A stretch of DNA of 64,000 nt, taken from the NCBI GenBank assembly GCA_947073515.1, contig CAMTMC010000001.1:37801-101800 (forward strand). The letters are read 5' to 3'. This DNA is from an uncultured bacterium (GTDB taxonomy: Bacteria > Bacillota > Clostridia > Oscillospirales > Oscillospiraceae). The translations under genes were made by a program, and so were the position numbers. The notes beneath the pieces are model-generated. The model did not search any database and had not been told where the DNA came from. It was given only the letters and a program-made list of their open reading frames with translations. Positions 47,991-56,946 of this stretch are shown here, piece after piece; the stretch's first letter is position 1; the number at the start of each line of letters is the position of its first letter.

Positions 47991-50900
47991 ATGGCAAGAA
48001 AGTTCAAAACCATGGACGGCAACAACGCGGCGGCATATGTCAGCTACGCCTTTACTGAGGTGGCCGGCATCTACCCCATTACCCCGTCCAGCCCCATGGC
48101 CGACTATGTGGACCAGTGGGCGGCTCAGGGCCAGAAGAATATCTTCGGCACCACCGTGAAGGTCATCGAGATGCAGTCTGAGGCCGGCGCCGCCGGCACC
48201 GTGCACGGCTCCCTGAACGCCGGCGCCCTGACCACCACCTATACCGCCTCCCAGGGCCTGCTGCTGATGATCCCCAATATGTATAAGATCGCCGGCGAGC
48301 TGCTGCCCTCCGTGTTCCACGTCTCCGCCCGTACTGTGGCCGCCCAGTCCCTGAACATCTTCGGCGACCACTCTGACGTGATGGCCTGCCGCCAGACCGG
48401 CTTCGCTATGCTGGCTGAGAGCAACGTCCAGGAGGTTATGGACCTGTCCGCCGTGGCCCATCTGTCCGCCATCAAGGGCCGGGTTCCCTTCATCAACTTC
48501 TTCGACGGCTTCCGGACCTCCCACGAGATCCAGAAGGTGGCCATCTGGGACTACAAGGATCTGGGCGAGATGGTGGACATGGACGCCGTCAACGCCTTCC
48601 GGGCCCGGGCCCTGAACCCGGAGCACCCCACCATGCGGGGCTCCCACGAGAACGGCGACATCTTCTTCCAGCACCGTGAGGCCGCCAACAAGTATTACGA
48701 CGCCCTCCCCGACATCGTTGAGGAGTATATGGGCAAGGTGAACGCCAAGCTGGGCACCAACTACCAGCTGTTCAACTACTACGGCGCCCCCGACGCTGAC
48801 CGGGTCATCATCGCCATGGGCTCCATCTGCGACGTGGCCGAGGAGGTCATCGACTATATGAACGCCCACGGCGAGAAGGTGGGCCTGGTCAAGGTGCGGC
48901 TGTACCGGCCCTTCCGGGCGGACAAGCTGCTGGCCGCCATCCCCGCCACCGCCAAGAAGATCGCCGTGCTGGACCGCACCAAGGAGCCCGGCGCCCTGGG
49001 CGACCCCCTGCACCTGGATGTGATCACCGCCCTGGCCAACGCCGGCATCACCGACAAGGTGGTTGTGGGCGGCCGGTACGGCCTGGGCTCCAAGGACACC
49101 CCGCCCCGCAGCGTCTTTGCCGTGTATGAGAACCTGGCCCAGGCTCAGCCCAAGAACCACTTCACCGTGGGCATTGTGGACGACGTGACCAACTCCTCCC
49201 TGGAGGAGAAGAGCGCCCCCAACACCGCCGCTGAGGGCACCATCGAGTGCAAGTTCTGGGGTCTGGGCGGCGACGGTACCGTGGGCGCCAACAAGAACTC
49301 CATCAAGATCATCGGCGACCACACCGACAAGTACGTGCAGGCCTACTTCCAGTACGACTCCAAGAAGACCGGCGGCGTGACCATCAGTCACCTGCGCTTT
49401 GGCGATAAGGCCATCCGCTCCCCCTATTATATCAACAAGGCCGACTTTGTGGCCTGCCACAACCCCTCTTACGTCACCAAGGACTTCCCCATGGTCCGGG
49501 ACGTGAAGCCCGGCGGCGTATTCATGATCAACTGCCAGTGGTCCGCTGAGGAGCTGGACCACCACCTGTCCGCCGGGGCCAAGCGGTATATCGCTGAGAA
49601 CAACATCCAGCTGTACACCATCAACGCCATCGACCTGGCCGCCCAGATTGGCATGGGCAAGCGGACCAACACCATTTTGCAGTCCGCCTTCTTCTCCCTG
49701 GCCAAGGTGATGCCTGAGGCCGAGGCCATCCAGTATATGAAGGACGCCGCCACCCACTCCTACCTGAAGAAGGGCCAGGACGTGGTGGACATGAACCACA
49801 AGGCCATCGACGCCGGCGCTACCGCCTATGTGAAGATCGATGTGCCCGCCGACTGGAAGGACGCCAAGGATGAGCCCAAGGCCAGCAAGCACAGCGGCCC
49901 GGCCAAGCTGGTGGACATGGTGGACACCATTCTGGACCCCGTGAGCCGGATGGACGGCGACTCCCTGCCTGTGTCCGCCTTCGTGCCTCACGCCGACGGC
50001 ACCTTCGAGCTGGGTGCCGCCGCCTATGAGAAGCGTGGCGTGGCCGTGGTTGTCCCCACCTGGGACACCAGCAAGTGTATCCAGTGCAACCAGTGCTCCT
50101 ACGTCTGCCCCCACGCCACCATCCGTCCCTTCGCCCTGACGGAGGAGGAGGCCAAGAACGCCCCCGCCGCCGCCAAGATCGTGGACATCAAGGCAGGCAA
50201 GGGCAAGGGCCAGTACAAGTTCTCCATCGCCATCAGCCCCCTGGACTGCATGGGCTGTCATGTCTGCGCCAACACCTGCCCGGTGGACGCCCTGACCATG
50301 GTGCCCCAGGAGGACGAGGCCGCCCAGCAGGACGTGTTCAACTATATGGTGGGCAACGTCTCCGTGAAGGAGGATGTGTCCGACCTGACCGTCAAGGGCT
50401 CCCAGTTTAAGAAGCCCCTGCTGGAGTTCTCCGGCTCCTGCGCCGGCTGCGCCGAGACCGCTTACGCCCGGCTCATCACCCAGCTGTTCGGCGAGCGGAT
50501 GTATATCTCCAACGCCACCGGCTGTTCCTCCATCTGGGGCGGCCCCGCTGCGACCTCTCCCTACGCCACCACCGCTGATGGCAAGGGTCCCGCCTGGGCC
50601 AACTCCCTGTTTGAGGACAACGCCGAGCACGGCCTGGGTATGTATCTGGGCCAGAAGGCCATCCGTGAGCGGCTGGCCGCTAAGACCCGGGACCTCATCG
50701 CGGTGCCCCACACCTATCAGCCCCTGAAGGACGCCGCCCAGAAGTGGCTGGACACCATGGAGGACGGCCAGGCCAACGCCGGGGCCACCAAGGAGTATGT
50801 CAAGCTGCTGGAAGAGAGCATCATGCCTGTGGACGCCTGCATCGCCTTTATCTCCAGCCCCGAGGCCGACAAGGTGTTCGGCGACAAGAAGGGCCAGATG

Positions 50901-51662
50901 CTGGCCCACGCCCAGGAGCTGAAGGCCTCCGGCGCCCAGTACTGCGACTGTGACGCCTGCAAGCTGGTGAAGGAGATCCTGGACGAGAAGGACTACCTGT
51001 CCAAGAAGTCCGTGTGGATCTTCGGCGGCGACGGCTGGGCCTACGACATCGGCTACGGCGGCGTGGATCACGTGCTGGCCTCCGGTGAGGACGTGAACAT
51101 CTTCGTCTTCGACACCGAGGTGTACTCCAACACCGGCGGCCAGGCCTCCAAGGCCTCCAACATCGGCCAGGTGGCCCAGTTTGCCGCTGCCGGTAAGGTG
51201 ATGCCCAAGAAGTCCCTGGCGGAGATCGCCATGACCTACGGCTACGTATACGTGGCCCAGGTGGCCATGGGCGCCAACCCCAACCAGACCCTGAAGGCCA
51301 TCGCCGAGGCCGAGGCCTACCACGGCCCCTCCCTGATCATCGGCTACGCCCCCTGCGAGATGCACTCCATCAAGGGCGGCATGGCCAACTGCCAGTCCGA
51401 GATCAAGAAGGCTGTGGACTGCGGCTACTGGAATATGTTCCGCTTTAACCCCGACCTGAAGAAGGAGGGCAAGAACCCCTTCACCCTGGACTCCAAGGCC
51501 CCCGCCGGCGGCTATCAGGAGTTCCTGATGAACGAGGCCCGCTACTCCTCCCTGACCCGGTCCTTCCCCGAGCGTGCCAAGGAGCTGTTCGCCGCTTCTG
51601 AGGAGGCGGCCAAGGCCCGCTATGAGAAGCTGACCCGTCTGCAGAAGATGTTCGAGGCGTAA
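47991..51662 (+). CDS. nifJ: Pyruvate:ferredoxin (flavodoxin) oxidoreductase
   Basis: IYPITPSS, EMQSEAGAAG, CIQCNQCSYVCPH, FSGSCAGC, GGDGWAYDIG...DTEVYSNTGGQ. Confidence 0.97.
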   Translation: MARKFKTMDGNNAAAYVSYAFTEVAGIYPITPSSPMADYVDQWAAQGQKNIFGTTVKVIEMQSEAGAAGTVHGSLNAGALTTTYTASQGLLLMIPNMYKIAGELLPSVFHVSARTVAAQSLNIFGDHSDVMACRQTGFAMLAESNVQEVMDLSAVAHLSAIKGRVPFINFFDGFRTSHEIQKVAIWDYKDLGEMVDMDAVNAFRARALNPEHPTMRGSHENGDIFFQHREAANKYYDALPDIVEEYMGKVNAKLGTNYQLFNYYGAPDADRVIIAMGSICDVAEEVIDYMNAHGEKVGLVKVRLYRPFRADKLLAAIPATAKKIAVLDRTKEPGALGDPLHLDVITALANAGITDKVVVGGRYGLGSKDTPPRSVFAVYENLAQAQPKNHFTVGIVDDVTNSSLEEKSAPNTAAEGTIECKFWGLGGDGTVGANKNSIKIIGDHTDKYVQAYFQYDSKKTGGVTISHLRFGDKAIRSPYYINKADFVACHNPSYVTKDFPMVRDVKPGGVFMINCQWSAEELDHHLSAGAKRYIAENNIQLYTINAIDLAAQIGMGKRTNTILQSAFFSLAKVMPEAEAIQYMKDAATHSYLKKGQDVVDMNHKAIDAGATAYVKIDVPADWKDAKDEPKASKHSGPAKLVDMVDTILDPVSRMDGDSLPVSAFVPHADGTFELGAAAYEKRGVAVVVPTWDTSKCIQCNQCSYVCPHATIRPFALTEEEAKNAPAAAKIVDIKAGKGKGQYKFSIAISPLDCMGCHVCANTCPVDALTMVPQEDEAAQQDVFNYMVGNVSVKEDVSDLTVKGSQFKKPLLEFSGSCAGCAETAYARLITQLFGERMYISNATGCSSIWGGPAATSPYATTADGKGPAWANSLFEDNAEHGLGMYLGQKAIRERLAAKTRDLIAVPHTYQPLKDAAQKWLDTMEDGQANAGATKEYVKLLEESIMPVDACIAFISSPEADKVFGDKKGQMLAHAQELKASGAQYCDCDACKLVKEILDEKDYLSKKSVWIFGGDGWAYDIGYGGVDHVLASGEDVNIFVFDTEVYSNTGGQASKASNIGQVAQFAAAGKVMPKKSLAEIAMTYGYVYVAQVAMGANPNQTLKAIAEAEAYHGPSLIIGYAPCEMHSIKGGMANCQSEIKKAVDCGYWNMFRFNPDLKKEGKNPFTLDSKAPAGGYQEFLMNEARYSSLTRSFPERAKELFAASEEAAKARYEKLTRLQKMFEA

Positions 51663-51670
51663 GTTATGAT

Positions 51671-51705
51671 AAAAACCCCCGCCAGCTGTGCTGGCGGGGG
51701 TTTTT
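51671..51705. terminator. Bidirectional terminator
   Basis: AAAAACCCCCGCCAGC-TGT-GCTGGCGGGGGTTTTT. Confidence 0.9.
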
Positions 51706-51712
51706 ACTTTGA

Positions 51713-52378
51713 CTATAAAACGCCCTCTAAATAGTCCCGAAGGCGGTCTAGGCTGTCAAACTTCTGGAACAGAAGGGCGTCCAGCTCCGGGGAGGGGGGG
51801 ATGAGGTCGGGGATCATCACAACCCGCATACCCGCCCCGTGGGCGGAGCGGATGCCGTTGGGGGAGTCCTCCACCGCCAGACAGCAGGCGGGGGGAAGGT
51901 GTAAGGCCTCACAGGCGGAGAGGAAGATCTCCGGGTGGGGTTTCCCTATGGACACCATGTCGCCGGTGAGCACCGCCTGGAAATAGGGGGCCAGGCCGGT
52001 GCGTTCCAGCTTCATCCGGGTGGCCGCCCCGCCGCTGGAGGTGGCCAGGGCCACGGGGACGCCCCGGCTGTGGAGAAAGCGCAGGATTTCCGGCGCCCCG
52101 GCCTTGACGGGAACCCCTTGGCTCTCGATGGTATCCCGGACCCGCTGGGAGCAGACCAGCAGGAAGTCGCTGACAGGGAACTCCAGGCCGCAGACCTCCT
52201 GAAGGCGGGTCGCAATCCCCAGATGGTTCCGGCCAATCAGCTCCATGTAGTGGGCCTCCACCGGGGCGGCCCCCCACTCCCGGGCTACGTCCAGCCAGCA
52301 GTCCCTGGCCAGGCGCTCGGTGTCAAAAAGGGTGCCGTCGGCGTCAAACACCACGGCTCGGATTTCCGCTGTACTCAT
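51713..52378 (-). CDS. HAD-family phosphatase (Ia, beta-PGM/CbbY-like)
   Basis: FDADGTLFD, LATSS, GKPHPEIF, VEDSPNG. ATG overlaps the purD stop (ATGA). Confidence 0.9.
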   Translation of the reverse strand: MSTAEIRAVVFDADGTLFDTERLARDCWLDVAREWGAAPVEAHYMELIGRNHLGIATRLQEVCGLEFPVSDFLLVCSQRVRDTIESQGVPVKAGAPEILRFLHSRGVPVALATSSGGAATRMKLERTGLAPYFQAVLTGDMVSIGKPHPEIFLSACEALHLPPACCLAVEDSPNGIRSAHGAGMRVVMIPDLIPPSPELDALLFQKFDSLDRLRDYLEGVL

Positions 52379-53631
52379 ACCCGGCCGATGTCCTTGCGGA
52401 AGTGCATATCCTGGAAGGAGATGGGCTTGGCGGCGGTGTAGGAGTTGGAAATGGCCTCCTCCAGGGTGGCGCCCAGGGCGGTGACCCCCAATACCCGCCC
52501 CCCGGCGGTGAGGATCTGCCCGTCCTCCCCCAGCTTGGTGCCGGCGTGGAAGACGGTGGCATTTTGCCCCGCCTCCTCCAGGCCGGAGATGGGATAGCCG
52601 CTCTGGTACTGTACCGGGTAGCCTCCCGAGGCCAGTACCAGACAGCAGGCGGCCTGGTCCTTCCACTTTATGTCAATCTTGTCCAGGGTGCCGTCCACGC
52701 AGGCCTGGAAAATGTCCATCAGGTCGCTGTCCAGCAGGGAGAGCACGGCCTGGGTTTCCGGGTCGCCAAAGCGGGCGTTGTACTCCACCACCTTGGGGCC
52801 GTCTTTGGTTAACATAAGGCCGAAGTAGATGACCCCCTGGAAGGGGCGGCCCTCGGCGTTCAGGGCGGCCACAGTGGGGAGGAAGATCTCCTCCATGCAC
52901 CGCCGGGCCACCTCCGGGGTGTAGTGGGGGGAGGGGGAGAAGGCCCCCATGCCGCCGGTGTTGGGGCCCTGGTTGCCGTCGTAGGCCCGCTTGTGGTCCT
53001 GGCTGGAGGGCATGGGGACCAGGTGTTTGCCGTCGCAGAAGGCCAGCACCGTCACCTCCGGGCCCGTCATACACTCCTCAATGACCACGGTGGAGCCGCT
53101 GTCGCCGAATTTCTTGTCCTCCATCATATCCCGGACGGCGGCCTTGGCCTCCTCCACAGTGGCGGCCACCACCACGCCCTTGCCCAGGGCCAGGCCGTCA
53201 GCCTTGACCACAATGGGGGCGCCCTGGGCGTCGATGTAGGACAGGGCGGCGTCCAGCTCCGTAAAGGTCTCATATTGGGCGGTGGGGATGTGGTACTTCT
53301 TCATCAGCTCCTTGGAGAAAGCCTTGCTGGCCTCGATCACAGCGGCGTTTTTCCGGGGGCCGAAGGCGGGGATGCCCGCCGCCTCCAGGGCGTCCACCAT
53401 ACCCAGGGCCAGGGGGTCGTCCGGGGCCACCATGACGAAGTCCATGGCGTTCTCCTTGGCCCACTTCACCATGCCCTCCACGTCGGTGGCCTTGATAGGC
53501 ACGCACTGGGCCACCTGGGCGATGCCCCCATTGCCCGGGGCGCAGTAGAGCTGGGTCACCTTGGGGCTCTGGGCCAGTTTCAGGCAGATGGCGTGCTCCC
53601 GCCCGCCGCCGCCCACTACTAAAACTTTCAT
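52375..53631 (-). CDS. purD: Phosphoribosylamine-glycine ligase
   Basis: GGGGREHA, KADGLALGKGV, GPNTGGMGA, EYNARFGDPE. Confidence 0.97.
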   Translation of the reverse strand: MKVLVVGGGGREHAICLKLAQSPKVTQLYCAPGNGGIAQVAQCVPIKATDVEGMVKWAKENAMDFVMVAPDDPLALGMVDALEAAGIPAFGPRKNAAVIEASKAFSKELMKKYHIPTAQYETFTELDAALSYIDAQGAPIVVKADGLALGKGVVVAATVEEAKAAVRDMMEDKKFGDSGSTVVIEECMTGPEVTVLAFCDGKHLVPMPSSQDHKRAYDGNQGPNTGGMGAFSPSPHYTPEVARRCMEEIFLPTVAALNAEGRPFQGVIYFGLMLTKDGPKVVEYNARFGDPETQAVLSLLDSDLMDIFQACVDGTLDKIDIKWKDQAACCLVLASGGYPVQYQSGYPISGLEEAGQNATVFHAGTKLGEDGQILTAGGRVLGVTALGATLEEAISNSYTAAKPISFQDMHFRKDIGRV

Positions 53632-53644
53632 AAGGCTCCTCCTT

Positions 53645-54223
53645 TTACATACGTTCCGCAGCGTCGATGCGGTGCCCGATCTCCTCAGCCAGCTTTTGCA
53701 GCTGGGCGAGCTGAGGGGCGGCGATGGGGAAGAGGACATAGCTGTCGCTGTCGATGTCGATTGCGGCGACACAGACCCCCTCCCATTTTTCTGTCAGAAT
53801 CGTACACCAGGCGGGGATGTCATCTTCCTCGTCAAACCAGCTCTCGTCCAGCTCCAGCCCCAAAGCCTGAAATCCCTTCAAATTTTCCAGGAAATAGAGG
53901 AAATCCTCCAGCTCGTCCTGCCAGTCCCGCTCGCAGACCCAGCCGTGTTCCTCCAGAAGGTCCACCAGGCCCAGCCACTGGACGGAATCCAAGTCGTCGG
54001 GGGAGTCGACGCCCCGCTCCTCGTAGCGCTCCTGATGGGCCGCGAACCAGCCCTTGGGGTCCTGGGCGCAGGCAGCAGCTTCCTGGAGGACCGCCGTGTC
54101 TCCGCTGGAGATGAGGCGGGCAATCTCCACCAATGCGGGCCCGAGGGGCTTAGGTGCCTCTTTTGGAAGATCAGGAGGCAGTGAGGGCGTTTCTCTGTTC
54201 TGAAATCCGTTCAACAATTCCAT
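53645..54223 (-). CDS. Acidic hypothetical protein (DUF6630-like)
   Basis: RBS AGGAG, 192 aa, C-terminal CERDWQ...IDIDSDSYVLF pattern. Confidence 0.65.
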   Translation of the reverse strand: MELLNGFQNRETPSLPPDLPKEAPKPLGPALVEIARLISSGDTAVLQEAAACAQDPKGWFAAHQERYEERGVDSPDDLDSVQWLGLVDLLEEHGWVCERDWQDELEDFLYFLENLKGFQALGLELDESWFDEEDDIPAWCTILTEKWEGVCVAAIDIDSDSYVLFPIAAPQLAQLQKLAEEIGHRIDAAERM

Positions 54224-54243
54224 AACAGTTCACTCCTGTCAAT

Positions 54244-55359
54244 TTAATGGTGGAACAGCCGCATCCCAGTAAATGCCATGACCATGCCGTACTTGTCGGC
54301 GGTCTCAATGACTTGGTCGTCCCGGATGGAGCCGCCGGGCTGGACAATATAGCTCACCCCCGACTGGCGGGCCCGCTCCACGTTGTCCCCGAAGGGGAAG
54401 AAGGCGTCGGAGCCCAGGGTGACCCCGGACAGCCGGGCGATCCACTCCGCCTTCTCCTCCTGGGTGAGGCAGTCGGCGATGAAGGCGTCGATGGCGTTGT
54501 CCCGGTCAGGGCGGCGGACATCGGTGGGGAAGGGGAGGGCCAGCGTCTTGGGGTGCTGGCGCAGCCACCAGATGTCCGCCTTGTTCCCCGCCAGGCGGGT
54601 GCAGTGGACACGGCTCTGCTGGCCGGCCCCCACGCCCAGGGTCTGGCCGTCCTTCACGTAGCACACCGAGTTGGACTGGGTGTATTTCAGGGTGATCATA
54701 GCCAGCAGCATATCGTTTTTCGCCTGCTGGGACAGCGCCTTGTTGGCGGTGACGATGTTGTCCAGCATGGCGCTGTTGATGTTCAAATCGTTATAGCCCT
54801 GCTCAAAGGTGATGCCGAAGATGTTCCGGCGCTCAATGGGCTCGGGGGAGTAGCTGGGGTCGATTTGAATGACGTTGTAGCCCCCCTTGCGCTTGGTTTT
54901 GAGGATTTCCAGGGCCTCGCCGGTGTAGCCGGGGGCGATGACGCCGTCGGACACCTCCAGGGCCAGATAGCGGGCGGTGTCCCCGTCACACACGTCGGAC
55001 AGGGCGGCCCAGTCGCCGAAGGAGCACAGCCGGTCGGCCCCTCTGGCCCGGATGTAGGCGCAGGCGATGGGGGAGAGCTCGCCCTCCGGGGCAAAATAGA
55101 TCTGCCGCTCCACCTCCGACAGGGGCAGGCCCAGGGCGGCCCCGGCGGGGGAGACGTGCTTGAAGGAGGCGGCGGCGGGCAGACCGGTGGCCTCCTTCAG
55201 CTGTTTCACCAGCTGCCAGGAGTTGAGGGCGTCCATAAAGTTGATATAGCCGGGGCGGCCGTTGAGGACAGTGAGGGGGAGCTCCCGCCCGCCCTCCATA
55301 AAGATACGGGCGGGCTTCTGGTTGGGGTTGCAGCCGTATTTCAGTTCCAGTTCAGTCAT
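54244..55359 (-). CDS. purH: Stand-alone AICAR formyltransferase (PurH transformylase domain only)
   Basis: [47 protein letters not shown]; no N-terminal cyclohydrolase domain. Confidence 0.9.
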   Translation of the reverse strand: MTELELKYGCNPNQKPARIFMEGGRELPLTVLNGRPGYINFMDALNSWQLVKQLKEATGLPAAASFKHVSPAGAALGLPLSEVERQIYFAPEGELSPIACAYIRARGADRLCSFGDWAALSDVCDGDTARYLALEVSDGVIAPGYTGEALEILKTKRKGGYNVIQIDPSYSPEPIERRNIFGITFEQGYNDLNINSAMLDNIVTANKALSQQAKNDMLLAMITLKYTQSNSVCYVKDGQTLGVGAGQQSRVHCTRLAGNKADIWWLRQHPKTLALPFPTDVRRPDRDNAIDAFIADCLTQEEKAEWIARLSGVTLGSDAFFPFGDNVERARQSGVSYIVQPGGSIRDDQVIETADKYGMVMAFTGMRLFHH

Positions 55360-55441
55360 GTCGCAGGCTCCTTTCGGGTGTTTTGGTTCCTTTTCCTTGA
55401 AAATAAAAGGAAGCGAACAGAAATTTCGGGGAAACTTCGTG

Positions 55442-55458
55442 TTTCAAACAAGCCCTAG
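55442..55458 (-). mobile_element. Solitary MITE end abutting the stop of the IMP cyclohydrolase gene
   Basis: Reverse complement of 55442-55455 is GGGCTTGTTTGAAA, identical to 19130-19143; adjacent CTAG contains the TAG stop. Confidence 0.5.
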
Positions 55459-56162
55459 CTGTGCTTATTGAGGATCACGGTGTCGGCCTCGCCGGTTTTC
55501 AGGTGGAGGAACCGGACGAACAGGGAGACCTTGTTGTCCCCGTTCAGGCTGGCCCAGATCTGGTTGGCCCAGGTCTGGGCGTCGGGGGCGTCGAGGACCA
55601 CCCGGCGGGGCTCCCCCTCAAAGGAGGGGAGAGGGTCCAGGTTCTCCTGGTAGGTGTGGATGAAGTGGCCCACGCCGGCCAAGGGCCTGTCGAACTCGTA
55701 GAAGTACCGGCAGCAGCAGGCGGGGTCGCCGTCCAGGGACTTGAGGATGGACAGGTTGTAGGAGCCGTCGGGCTTGACCACGCCGGAGATCCGGGGGGTG
55801 TAGTTGGGGCCGTCGGGTTCAAAGGTCCGGGTGTTCAGGGCGTGGCGGTAACAGTGGCCCTCCCTCAGGTTGTCCCGGATGGTGTCGGTCTGGTCGCCGT
55901 TGGTGACAATGGTCAGGCCGTTGAACACCCGGACGGGGTGGTAGATGATGAGGGAGGGGTCGGTCATTTTGCCCTCGTCAAAGGCTTTGGTCCGGATGCC
56001 GTCCTCTGTCTCCTCAAAAACCCGGTTGCGGCTGTTCTCGCTACGGCCCATGATGAAGTAGGCGATGGCGGCCTTCTGGCCGTCGGCGGAGCGGCCCAGG
56101 ACGATGCCCCGGCCGGGGTAGGGGTGGTTTCTCAGAATTTCGTACAGATCAAGATTTTTCAT
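55455..56162 (-). CDS. IMP cyclohydrolase (PurO-like)
   Basis: YPGRGIVLG, YFIMGRSENSRNR, TNGDQTD, FEPDGPNYTPRISG. Confidence 0.9.
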   Translation of the reverse strand: MKNLDLYEILRNHPYPGRGIVLGRSADGQKAAIAYFIMGRSENSRNRVFEETEDGIRTKAFDEGKMTDPSLIIYHPVRVFNGLTIVTNGDQTDTIRDNLREGHCYRHALNTRTFEPDGPNYTPRISGVVKPDGSYNLSILKSLDGDPACCCRYFYEFDRPLAGVGHFIHTYQENLDPLPSFEGEPRRVVLDAPDAQTWANQIWASLNGDNKVSLFVRFLHLKTGEADTVILNKHS

Positions 56163-56173
56163 TGCGTTCCTCC

Positions 56174-56308
56174 TTAATTAAGAAAGGGCACGCCAGTTCT
56201 GAGAATTGGCGCGCCCAGATGGCTGGCGGTGACAGAGGCGGTACGGCCCAGGACGATACCCCGGCCGGGGTAGGGGTTTTCCGAGAGGTACTGTGTCAGA
56301 TCAGTCAT
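56174..56308 (-). pseudogene. Truncated, frameshifted duplicate of the IMP cyclohydrolase 5' end
   Basis: MTDLTQYLSENPYPGRGIVLGRT matches the neighbour's HPYPGRGIVLGRS; GRANSQN lies in another frame; 44 codons. Confidence 0.8.
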
Positions 56309-56946
56309 ACAATCACACGTCCTCCTATGATGTTTACAGTGCGTCCTTCTACTTTCAAATTGTCTCGGCACAGCAAATCTACCGCCTTGGGCAAGAGCTT
56401 CCACTCACACTCCTCCATCACCCGGCGCTGTAAGCTTTCCGGGGTATCCCAAGGCAGGACGTCGATGGCCTTTTGCAGGACGATAGGCCCGCCGTCCGGC
56501 TCGGCGGTGACCAGGTGGACGGTGGCTCCAGTGACTTTCACGCCATAGGCCAGGGCCTGCTCATGGACGTGAAGGCCGTAAGCCCCTTTGCCGCAGAAAG
56601 AGGGAATCAGGGCGGGGTGGACGTTAAGAATCTTGTTGGGGTAGGCCTGAACAATCTCCTCGGTGAGGATGACCATAAAGCCGGCCAGCACAACAATATC
56701 AGCCCCCATCTCCTGGAGAAGACTTACCAGGGCTTTGGTGTAACTCTGATTAGAGGGCCAGCCTTTTCGGGGCAGGATATAACCCGGGATGTTGGCCTGC
56801 CTAGCCCGCTCCAGGGCATAGGCCTCCGGGTTGGAGGAGATGACGGCGGTGATCTTCCCGCTGACAATCTCCCCCCGGCCCTGGGCGTCGATGAGGGCCT
56901 GTAAATTCGTCCCGCCGCCGGAGACCAGAACAGCGATGTTTTTCAT
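56305..56946 (-). CDS. purN: Phosphoribosylglycinamide formyltransferase
   Basis: VSGGGTNLQAL, LAGFM, NVHPALIP, GATVH, DGGPI. Confidence 0.96.
   Translation of the reverse strand: MKNIAVLVSGGGTNLQALIDAQGRGEIVSGKITAVISSNPEAYALERARQANIPGYILPRKGWPSNQSYTKALVSLLQEMGADIVVLAGFMVILTEEIVQAYPNKILNVHPALIPSFCGKGAYGLHVHEQALAYGVKVTGATVHLVTAEPDGGPIVLQKAIDVLPWDTPESLQRRVMEECEWKLLPKAVDLLCRDNLKVEGRTVNIIGGRVIV

Noticed and set aside
47889-51365. 1,158-aa antisense ORF opposite PFOR, and many similar shadow ORFs (e.g. 19113-20756, 30255-32306, 11684-13066, 40308-41963)
   Set aside because: These are expected from GC-rich codon bias that avoids TTA/CTA/TCA. They have no RBS or recognisable motifs and fully overlap well-supported genes.
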